From Amphiscolops sp. MND2022 (Eukaryota), in contig OZ076409.1 of NCBI GenBank assembly GCA_964187785.1, positions 72,542,001 through 72,606,000 on the forward strand: a stretch of 64,000 bases of DNA, given 5' to 3'. Under the pieces are notes generated by a model, which had not been told where the DNA came from, did not search any database, and saw nothing but the letters and a program-made list of their open reading frames with translations. Numbering within the stretch: the first letter of the stretch is position 1; each line of letters opens with the position of its first letter. Shown piece by piece: positions 53,880-64,000 of the stretch. The position numbers were made by a program, and so were the translations under genes.

Positions 53880-55867
53880 GTGGGCGGGGGTAATTCCCCA
53901 ACAAAAATTACGGCCGGCGGGTTGGGTCCTGCCGGACGTTCAAATAGCGCGAAGCATCTAGTAGAAAACAAGGAGTCCTGAAACAGCGATTTTAAAATTG
54001 AACCGTTAGAATTTGGTTTTAGATTGCATGCGGCCCTGAAATCCCCATACGAATGGAAGTTCCTGCTGGCGTTAAGCGATTGAAATAATATATAAAAAGT
54101 TATGGCCCATTTTTGGGTCACCGAGAAGGTCAAAATGAAGAAAATTTTAACTAAGTTGCTGATAACTCAAAATGTGTTAATTTTTGGACTTTGACTGTGA
54201 AACAAGCTTGGAACCTTCATTTCGTGGCTGTGGCATTGCACTGAACACAAAAGATGTAAAGTTTTCACATTTTTTGAAAATTCGACATTTTTGAATTTTT
54301 TTTCACTACTATCAGTACACTATATGTCAAAAACACCTCTGAAAAATTTTTTTATTTGCTTAAATTTAGAAACCTCGGTATCCATGGTTTCCGTCAGTAC
54401 CTACTCGCTGCCAAACACTCAACAGTTTGCATCCAATGTGAAAATAAATTTTTTTTCGAGGTCTTAGGTGTTTCACAAGGATTTCTCAACTTAGTATCAA
54501 TTTACAAATTGGTCATTTTGAACACATTATTTTCATCGAAGCGTGTCATATACCGCCCTAATGCTCACGAACGGGCCTACTGGCAACGTTGGAACCATTT
54601 ATAGTAATAAAAAGTTTTAAAAAATTTTTTTCACCCCGTCTTCAGTCATTTTACACACTTTCGGAACTTAACTTAGAAAAATTTCAACCAAAAACCCATT
54701 TTTTGTCAAGTCGAAAATTCAAATTCAGCTTTTTAAGCAAAATAAATAAATCTGACATAACCAGTGGGGCCCATGAAACTCAAAACCACGATTGAGACTG
54801 GTATCAATGGCTCCAATAACATATGAGTCGCGATAAGACGCTATTTTGAGCAAAACATCTCAATTGAGGTAAAGATCTCGCAAGCCAGCGATCACTGTGA
54901 AATGTGATTTCATCAAAAATTTACTCTTTTTTGTCAATCACTATGTGCACAGAATGCGTAGGGTGCGTTTCAGCACTATAATGAGGTTTTTGAAGGCATC
55001 GAGTTGCTCAAGGGGTGGTATGAGACATTTTTGTCCCATATACTACTGTAGTTTCCAAAATTTTTACCCCATTATCTGGAAATACAAACTTGACAAAATA
55101 CTTTCAACTACTTTATTCCAAGGTTACAATATAGATGAACACTGTGGTTGATAAGAAACTTTCATCTCTTTCGTTTTCGGAAATATTTCCGTTCGCATGT
55201 GTTACATTCATAGCAGAAAAAAAATCGAAACTGAAAAATACGCTATTTTGCTGATATAGAATCGCAATGATTGTGCCTAAAAACTCTTTAAACACTTCTA
55301 ACGCAACCTTACGCACCAAAAATGATCGAAAATGCTATTCACAATGGTGACATGTGCTCTTTCTACGATCCTGGCTGGACAAGGTTTGCATATTTTTCAA
55401 GTACCTGTCAGCTAAATCTTGTGATAGCCTTTTCAGTTGGCCTTGTGTCAACTTGGGAAGGCTATCACATCAAAAAACCATCAACAAAAATAATTTTTGT
55501 TTATTGGATCTTACAGTCGATACTTTTTTTCGTGATTCTATACTACCGTTAGTATATTTCATCATGTCACCTTACGATTGCATTCAGTCTTTGATAAAAA
55601 CCTATGAACTCAAAGTCACATTTATATATTTTTTTGCCAGAAAATAACATCAAAAATATATAAAATATATAAAATAGAGTCTTTAACATTTTTACGTTTC
55701 AAGTTTTTGCCGTTATTAGGCCAATCAACGTCCTAGAGCCACATCCTGCCACATACTGTACAACGCCACATAGTGTTGCGACGTGCACAGTCTGTGGGCA
55801 TGCCGAGGCATGCCCTTCGACGACGTATGCCGAATACCGCGGGCCTACGCCCGCGCTCCCCGGCTAG
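53880..55867 (+). mobile_element. Unit 21, ~2-kb family (1988 bp); near-identical to unit 1
   Basis: Same diagnostic head and body as units 1/11/17. Confidence 0.6.
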
Positions 55868-57861
55868 GTGGGCGGGGGTAATTCCCCAACAAAAATTACG
55901 GCCGGCGGGTTGGGTCCTGCCGGACGTCAAATAGCAAAGAATATCTAGTAGGAAACGGCGACACAGAATCGCGATTTTTAAATCTAACCACAATTTTTTG
56001 GACTTGGAGTGCATGCGGCCCTGAAATGCCTATACGAATCGAAGTTCCTGCTGACGTTAAGCGATTGAAACAATATATAAAAAGTTATGGCCCATTTTTC
56101 ACTCACATAGAAGGGTAAAATGAGGAAATTTTTAACAAAGTCGCTGATAACTCAAAATGTGTTAATTTTTGGACATTGACTGTGAAACAAGCTTGGAACC
56201 TTCATTTCGTGGCTGTGGCATTGCACTGAACACAAAAGATGTAAAGTTTTTACATTTTTTGAAAATTCGACATTTTTGAAATTTTTTTCACTACTATCAG
56301 TACCCCATATGTCAAAAACGCCTCAGAAAAAAATTTTTCTTTGCTCAAATTTAGAAACCTCGGTATCCATGGTTTCTGTCGGAACCTACTCGCAGCCAAA
56401 CACTCACTAGTTTGCATCCAATGTGAAAATAAAATTTTTTTCGGGGTCATAAGCGTTTCACAAGGATTTCTCAACTTAGTATTATTTTACAAAATGGTCA
56501 TTTTGAACACAATATTTTCATCGAGGCTTGTCGGCTATAGCCTTAATGTTCTAGAACGGTCCCACTGGCAACGTAGGAACCATTTATAGAAATGGAAAGT
56601 AATAAAAAAATATTTTCACCCGGTCTTCAGTCATTTTTCAGTCATTAGGAACTTAACTTAGAAAAATTTCGACCAAAATACCCATTTTTTGTCAGGTCGA
56701 AAATTCAAATTCAGATTTTTAAGCAAAATTATTAACTCTGACGTAACCCATGGGGCCCATGATACTCAAAACAACGATTGACACTGGTATCAATGGCTCC
56801 AATAACATATGAGTCGCGATAAGACGTTATTTTGAGCAATACGTCTCAATTGAGGTAAAGATCTCGCAAGCCAGCGATCACTGTGAAATGTGATTTCATA
56901 AAAAATTTACTCATTTTTGTCAATCACTATGTGCACAGAATGCGTAGGGTGAGTTCCAGCACTATAATGAGGTTTTTGAAGGCATCGAGTTGCTCAAGGG
57001 GTGGTATGAGACATTTTTTCCCTATATACTACTGTATTTTCCAAAACTTTTACCCCATTATCTGGAGAAACTAACTTGACAAAATACTTGCAATAACTTT
57101 ATTTACAGGTTACAATGTAGATGAACCCTGTGGTTGATCAGAAACTCTCATCTCATTCGTTTTCCTGAATAATTCCCTTCGAATGTGTTACATTTGTAGC
57201 AGAAAAAAAACCGAACAAAAAAAATACGCGATTTTGCTGAGATAGAATCGCAATGGTTACGCCTAAAGTCTCTTTAAATACTTCTAACGCAACCTTACGG
57301 ACCCAAAAAGATTGAAAATGCCATTCACAATGCTGACATGTGCTCTTTCTACGATCCTGGCTTGACAAGTTTTGCATATTATTCAAGTACCTGTTAACTG
57401 AATTTTGTGATAGCCTTTCAAGTTGGCCTTGTGTCAACTTGGGAAGGCTATCACATCAAAAAACTTTCATCAAAAATACTTTTCGTTTAAACGATATTGT
57501 ATTCGATATTTATTTTCGTGATTTTACACTACCGCTAGTACCTTCCGCCAGGTCAGCTGACGATTGCAAGCAGCCTTTGTTAAAAACCTATGAACACCAA
57601 TATTTTTTCTCATACTTTTGTTGAAGAAAAGTACAAATAAACAATAAAAATATAATTTTTACCTTTAACAACACTAATTTGTCTTTATCGTTATCAGTCC
57701 TACCACCCATACCCATCATCATCCTATGCCATGGCCCGGTGATTAGTACAACGCCACATAGTGTAGCGACGCCCACAGTCTGTGGGCATGCCGAGGCATG
57801 CCCTTCGACGACGTATGCCAATTTTAGCGTAGCCCGCGGTCACTACCGCGGTAGCAGCTAG
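55868..57861 (+). mobile_element. Unit 22, ~2-kb family (1994 bp)
   Basis: Head like unit 5; tail like unit 9. Confidence 0.6.
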
Positions 57862-59846
57862 GTGGGCGGGGGTAATTCCCCAACAAAAATTACGGCCGGC
57901 GGGTTGGGTCCTGCCGGACGTCAAATAGCAAAGAATATCTAGTAGGAAACGGCGACACAGAATCGCGATTTTTAAATCTAACCACAATTTTTTGGACTTG
58001 GAGTGCATGCGGTCCTGAAATGCCCATACGAATCGAAGTTCCTGCTGACGTTAAGCGATTGAAATAATATATAAAAAGTTATGGCCCATTTTTCACTCAC
58101 ATAGAAGGGTAAAATGAGGAAATTTTTAACAAAGTCGTTGATAACTCAAAATGTGTTAATTTTTGGACATTGACTGTGAAACAAGCTTGGAACCTTCATT
58201 TCGTGGCTGTGGCATTGCACTGAACACAAAACATGTAAAGTTTTTACATTTTTTGAAAATTCGACATTTTTGAAATTTTTTTCACTACTATCGGTACCCC
58301 ATATGTCAAAAACGCCTCAGAAAATAATTTTTATTTGCTTTAAATTGGAAACCTTGGTATCCATGGTTTCTGTCGGAACCTACTCGCAGCCAAACACCCA
58401 ACAGTTTGCATCCAATGTGAAAATAAAAATTTTTTCGGGGTCATAAGCGTTTCACAAGGATTTCTCAACTTAGTATTAATTTAAAAAATGGTCATTTTGA
58501 ACACAATATTTTCATCGAGGCTTGTCGGCTATAGCCTTAATGTTCTAGAACAGTCCCACTGGCAACGTAGGAACCATTTATAGTAATAGCAAGTTTTAAA
58601 AAAATATTTTCACCCGGTCTTCAGTCATTTTTCAGTCATTCGGAACTTAACTTAGAAAAATTTCGACCAAAATACCCATTTTTTGTCAGGTCGAAAAATC
58701 AAATTCACATTTTTAAGCAAAATTATTAACTCTGACGTAACCCATGAGGCCCATAATACTCAAAACAACGATTGACACTGGTATCAATGGCTCCAATAAC
58801 ATATGAGTCGCGATAAGACGTTATTTTGAGCAATACGTCTCAATTGAGGTAAAGATCTCGCAAGCCAGCGATCACTGTGAAATGTGATTTCATCAAAAAT
58901 TTACTCATTTTTGTCAATCACTATGTGCAGAGAATGCGTAGGGTGCGTTTCAGCACTATAATGAGGTTTTTGAAGGCATCGAGTTGCTCAAGGGGTGGTA
59001 TGAGACACTTTTGTCCCATATACTACTGTATTTTCCAAATTTTTTAGCCCAATATCTGGAAATACAAATTAGACAAAATACTTTCAACTACTTTATTCAG
59101 AGGTTACAATATAGATGAACACTGTGGTTGATCAGAAACTTTCATCTCTTTCGTTTTCCGAAATTTTTCTCTTCGCATGTGTTACATTTGTAGCAGAAAA
59201 AAAAATCGATACTGAAAAATACGCTATTTTGCTAATATAGAATCGCAATGATTGTGTCTAAAAACTCTTTAAACACTTCTAACGCAACCTTACGCACCCA
59301 AAATGATCGAAAATGCTATTCACAATGGTGACATGTGCTCTTTCAACGATCCTGACTGAACAATTTTCGCAAATTATTCAAGTACCTGTTAACTGAATCT
59401 CGTGATAGCCTTTTAAGTTGGCCTTGTGTCAACTTTGGAAGGCTATCACATCAAAAAATTTGCAACAAAAATACATTTTGTTTATTGGAAATGACAGTCG
59501 ATGTATAATTTTGTGATTCTATACTACCGTTAGTACCTTCCATTAAGTCACCTGACGATTGCATTCAGTCTTTGATAAATACCTATGAACTCGAAGTCAT
59601 ATTTATAAATTTTGTGCTAAAAATAAACATAAAAATTATCCAAATTATTTAAAATTGAGTCTTTACCGTTTTTGTTTTTATTTTTCTACTGTTATTAGGC
59701 CCATCAACTTCCTACAGCCACGCTCTCTGTCATACCGTACAACGCCACATAGTGTTGCGACGTGCACAGTCTGTGGGCATGCCGAGGCATGCCCTTCGAC
59801 GACGTATGCCGAATACCGCGGGCCTACGCCCGCGCTCCCCGGCTAG
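57862..59846 (+). mobile_element. Unit 23, ~2-kb family (1985 bp)
   Basis: Junction to junction; 3' part like units 4/5/14. Confidence 0.6.
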
Positions 59847-61836
59847 GTGGGCGGGGGTAATTCCCCAACTAAAAAATCGGCCGGCGGGTCGGGTCCTGCC
59901 GGCCGTCCAAAATCAAAATCCTCCTAGTAGAAAACGGCCGGTCAAACGAGCTATTTTTTTATTTAACCGTTAGAATTTGGGTTTAGATTGCATGCGGCCA
60001 TGAAATGGCCATACGAATCGAAGTTCCTGCTGACGTTTTGCGATTGAAACACTTTATAAAAAGTTATGGCCAATTTGTCAGTCACCTAGAAGGGCAAAAT
60101 GAGGAAAATTTTAACAAAGTCGCTGATAACTCAAAATGTGATAATTTTTGGACTTTGACAGTGAAACAAGCTTGGAACTGTCATTTCGTGGCTGTGGCAT
60201 TGCACTGAACACAAAAGATGTAAAGTTTTCACATTTTTTGAAAATTCGACATTTTTGAAATTTTTTTCACTACTATCAGTACCCCATATGTCAAAAACAC
60301 CTCCGAAAAAAATTTTTATTTGCTTTAAATTGGAAACCTTGGTATCCATGGTTTCTGTCGGAACCTACTCGCAGCCAAACACCCAACAGTTTGCATCCAA
60401 TGTGAAATAAAAAATTTTTTCGAGGTCATAAGCGTTTCACAAGGTTTTCATGATTTAGTATTAAATTACATAGTGGTCATTTTAAACATAAAATTTTGGT
60501 CCAGGCATGTCGGATATAGTCTGAATGCTCACGAACGGTCCTACTGGCAACGTAGGAACCATTTATAGTAATAAAAAGTATTAAAAAATTTTTTTCACCC
60601 GGTCTCCAGTCATTTTTCAGACATTCGGAACTTAACTTAGAAAAATTTCGACCAAAATACCCATTTTTGTCAGGTCGAAAATTCAAATTCAGCTTTTTAG
60701 GCAAAATTATTAAATCTGACGTAACCAGTGGGGCCAATGAAACTCAAAACCGCAATAGACACTGGTATCAATGGCTCCAATAACATATGAGTCGCGATAA
60801 GACGTTATTTTGAGCAATACGTCTCAATTGAGGTAAACATCTCGCAAGCCTGGGATCACAGTGAAATGTAATTTCATCAAAAAATTACTCATTTTCGTCA
60901 ATCACTATGTGCATAGAGTGGGTAGGGTGAGTTCCAACACTATAATGAGGTTTTTGAAGGCATCGGGTTGCTCAAGGGGTGGTATGAGTCATTACTTTCC
61001 TATATACAACTGTATTTTCAAAAACTTTTAGCCCATTATCTGGAAAAACTAACTTGACAAAAGACTTTCAATTACTTTATTCAAAGGTTACAATATAGAT
61101 GAACACTGTGGTTGATCAGAAACTTTCATCTCTTTCGTTTTCCGAAATAACTCCTTTCAAATGTGTTACATTTGTAGCAGGAAAAAAAAACTGAAACTAA
61201 AAAATACGCGATTTTGCTGAGATAGAATCGCAATGGTTGGGCCTAAAATCTCTTTAAATACTTCTAACGCAACCTTACGGACCCAAAATGATTGAAAATG
61301 CCATTCACAATGCTGACATGTGCTCTTTCTACGATCCTGGCTGGACAAGTTTTGCATTTTTTTCAAGTACCTGTTAACTGAACATTGTGATAGCCTTTCA
61401 AGTTGGCCTTGTGTCAACTTGGGAAGGCTGTCACATCAAAAAACTGTCAACAAAAATACCATTTGTTTATAGGATATTGCTGTCGATGCTTCACTTCGTG
61501 ATTCGATCATGTCGTGAGTTCCTTCCATCAGGTCAGCTAACATTTGGATTCAGTGTTGGATAAGAACCTATGATTTTCATGACAATTTTAGTTCTTTTTT
61601 GCTAACAAAAAGTACGAATAAATGATATAAAACATATTTGTAACCTTTAGGAAGTTTAACTTTACCTTTATTTACCGTTACCATCGCCACCCACCCCCTA
61701 CGACCTCGCAGTGTCCTCATTACAACGCCACATAGTGTAGCGACGCCCACAGTCTGTGGGCATGCCGAGGCATGCCCTTCGACGACGTATGGCAAATATA
61801 GCGTTAGCCCGCGGTCACTACCGCGGTAGCAGCTAG
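59847..61836 (+). mobile_element. Unit 24, ~2-kb family (1990 bp) with a divergent 3' part
   Basis: Head like units 7/12/13; tail hairpin CCGCGGT-CACT-ACCGCGG. Confidence 0.6.
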
Positions 61837-63809
61837 GTGCGGGGGGGTAACCCCAACAAAAATTTTGGAGGATTCGGGTAGGGTCCTGAATCCGATTTTA
61901 ACTCTAATAGCTATCGATAGGAAATCTTGCAAAAATTTCGGGATCTCGTGATCTAACCATAGGATTTTAAAGTTGGAGCGGCCCCCACCAGATTTTCCGA
62001 AAATTAGCGCCCCCCACCGGGTTCCATACCCCGGAAAATTTTTTTCTGGCCACACGGGCGACCGTTAGGGGGTCATTTTAGGGGTAAAATTCATATTGGG
62101 CCACATAACTTTTTTTCTGTTGATTTAAAACTTTGGGACCCTGCTAAAAGTTTCTTGACCGTGTTGCAGGGGCCCCGGAGGTCCAAACCAAATTTTTCTA
62201 TCTTGAAGCTATCTCCAAGTACCCCCCCGCTCAAACCGTTATTTTCCCGGAAACGCAGGTTTTTGACCCGGAAGGAGTCGTCTGAGCGCGGGGTCGTTAG
62301 GTGATGTATTGGGGACGGCCTTGAGACGAAGTGGGGGACATGTAGTTTGCCAACCTCAATTTACCCCCCGGACGGGAAATGACCGTTATATGAGCGGGAA
62401 AAATGCCCCCCTCCACGTTTTACCGCTATTTCCGGTGTGAAGGAGTGGGAGTAGCGCGTCGGGTGCCATATATCAAAAGTAGGTTTAAACAAGGACCTAT
62501 CGGAAACATGTGGTTTGGGACCCCCTGGACCAACCCGTAAGCAGGAAATGGGGCTTCCGGCCCGTTTTTTTTACGGTTAAAAACGGAAAATGGGCATTGA
62601 GGGGTAAATATCTCGTGAACGCGTGGAGCTACGGTGTCCTTCACTACTACAAGGTTTCATACCCATGATATGGTGCCTTCAGGGGGGCAAACAGATTTCC
62701 GCTATCTATCACCGTTACCGACTTGGCCCCCCAGCCTAACCGCTATTTGACCGGAAATGTCAGTTTTTGAGCCCTAAGGGTCGGTCCGAGCGTGGCATCG
62801 TTAGGTAACTTATTGTATTACTCAATGAGACTAGTTGGGGGATATAGTTTCAGTCACCCCCCGTTACCCCTTGGGACCGGAAATGACCGTTATGTGGGTA
62901 AAATTGCAATTTTTGTACTTTTTGAAGGGCAATTAGGTGCGGAAGGAGTGGTAATAGGTGCTTGGACACTATTTGAGGTAAGGGAGGACGTGAGGCGAGC
63001 ATTCAGAAATAACCGTTATGATGACCCCAAAGTCCCCCTGGTACCGTAAACGACCGGAAATGGTCGAATTTTGTGTCTATTGAGTACAAATGTTTGGTGT
63101 TTTATGAATAAAAGTACCTATTAGGTGTTTCGACGGTTTGCAGTAGTGAACATAGTCATGAAACCTTGTGGGGGGTAACGGTATATAGCACCGGAATTCC
63201 GAACCGTTGGAGACAGGATATGTTTTTTGGTCTTAAAATGTCTTTCGGCGTACTTTTGTCGACTATTATGGACTATTTTTCAAAAATAAAGTTTTTCCAT
63301 ATAGTTTCAGAGACTCCGAAACCTCAAACAACATAACCGTTACCTTATGATAGCCTTTCAAGTTGGCCTGGTGTCAACTTGGAAGGGCTATCCTTCAAAA
63401 ATCGTTAATCAAGTGTGTTTTTGGGTATGTTTTTATCATTTTAGAATCAATTAGAGCTCCAAGAAAAGTTTGCCAACGACAAAAACTATGTCGTGATGAT
63501 TCCGTTATTAGAACGATGGTTAACAAAATGTTGATAAAGTTGATTTTTTACATTTCAAATGTGTCCTAAAAGCCAGAAAACCTCTTTACCAAAAAAATGG
63601 TATTGATTGAATTGTATATAACAGGTAATAAAAGTTCAAATTGATTATTACGTTTCATTATTCAAGCTAAAAATTCATAACATAGTTTAATTAACGTCAA
63701 CGCCACATACTTTACATCAACGCCCACTGTCTGTGGGCATGCCGAGGCATGCCCTTCGACGACGTATACCAAATACATACCCAAACGACGCCCGTACATG
63801 CCGGGCTAG
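61837..63809 (+). mobile_element. Unit 25, unrelated GC-richer body (1973 bp)
   Basis: Head GGGG-TAA-CCCC and GGATTCGGG-TAGGGT-CCTGAATCC; type I hairpin 63349-63392; invariant palindrome 63735-63754; ends GGGCTAG. Confidence 0.6.
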
Positions 63810-64000
63810 GTGCGGGGGGAAACCCCATCCCTTATCTTGGAGGATTCGGGTAGGGTCCTGAATCCGAGTTCAGTGCCGCCAGCTCTCAGTAGAAATCTGG
63901 GAAATTTTTTGCGATCTCGTGATCTAACCATAGGATTTTAAAGTTGGAGCGGCCCCCACCAGATTTTCCAAAGTTATTCGCCCCCCACCGGGTTCCAGCG
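63810..64000 (+). mobile_element. Unit 26 (partial, runs off the window), related to unit 25
   Basis: GTGCGGGGGGAAACCCC...GGATTCGGGTAGGGTCCTGAATCC...GATCTAACCATAGGATTTTAAAGTTGGAGCGGCCCCCACC shared with 61837-62030. Confidence 0.55.

Larger units (their letters stand above)
2191..64000 (+). repeat. Head-to-tail array of 25 complete and 1 partial heterogeneous non-coding units joined at GCTAG|GTG
   Basis: GCTAG ends at 2190, 4177, 5451, 6839, 8821, 10802, 12787, 17549, 19530, 21522, 23506, 25493, 30253, 35015, 36998, 38385, 40375, 42364, 44349, 49115, 53879, 55867, 57861, 59846, 61836 and 63809. Each is followed by GTG, and all but the first are preceded by the conserved GGCATGCCGAGGCATGCC block. 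All units have the same orientation. Confidence 0.95.

Noticed and set aside
623..63569. All short ORFs in the six-frame track (60-129 aa)
   Set aside because: They recur only because the DNA is repeated. Many begin at non-ATG codons, homologous copies gain stops and frameshifts at homopolymer runs, and none shows a recognisable domain (no HUH, helicase, DDE, tyrosine-recombinase or RT motif).
4070..63809. CRISPR array (palindromic repeat plus variable sequence)
   Set aside because: The repeats are 1.3-4.8 kb apart, the intervening sequences are homologous families rather than unique spacers, and no cas genes are present.
2191..63809. Canonical Helitron annotation
   Set aside because: The 3' hairpin plus CTAG fits, but there is no 5'-TC, no A|T target and no RepHel ORF. 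Kept only as an analogy.
2191..63809. rDNA, 5S, tRNA, snRNA or spliced-leader gene tandem array
   Set aside because: I recognise no rRNA, tRNA cloverleaf or snRNA sequence. An Rfam search is still needed to exclude an unfamiliar ncRNA at the junction.
2191..63809. Concatenated kinetoplast-type minicircles or a pure assembly artefact
   Set aside because: The kinetoplast CSB-3 (GGGGTTGGTGTA) was not seen. Copies differ by many substitutions and the array is anchored to unique upstream sequence. Long-read confirmation of unit order is still advisable.

Overview
This AT-rich window is apparently non-coding and most likely eukaryotic (animal-like; I cannot identify the organism). From 2191 to the end it is a head-to-tail array of 25 complete units plus one partial unit. 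Every unit starts with GTG, ends with GCTAG and joins the next at an invariant GCTAG|GTG junction (26 junctions). The units are heterogeneous: a ~1.98-kb family, a ~4.76-kb family carrying four 336-bp internal repeats, and three bodies unrelated in sequence to these families (1274, 1388/1387 and 1973 bp). All share one cis-element grammar: (i) GC-rich head hairpin(s), including a covarying stem around the loop NNGGGT; (ii) exactly one of two alternative ~45-bp internal hairpins; (iii) a tail block CAACGCCACA...GGGCATGCCGAGGCATGCCC-TTCGACGACG whose 20-bp palindrome matches the p53-family response element; (iv) in most units a covarying terminal hairpin just before GCTAG. Near-identical units recur in different neighbour contexts and are never adjacent. 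This suggests units were added one at a time at a specific site (a cassette-like array of non-autonomous elements) rather than amplified as a satellite. No transposase, recombinase or other credible gene lies in the window, so the mechanism (Helitron/Replitron-like HUH rolling circle versus Crypton-like tyrosine recombinase) is inference. A strongly diverged unit relic lies at ~450-1570, upstream of the first junction. Coordinates were counted by hand.
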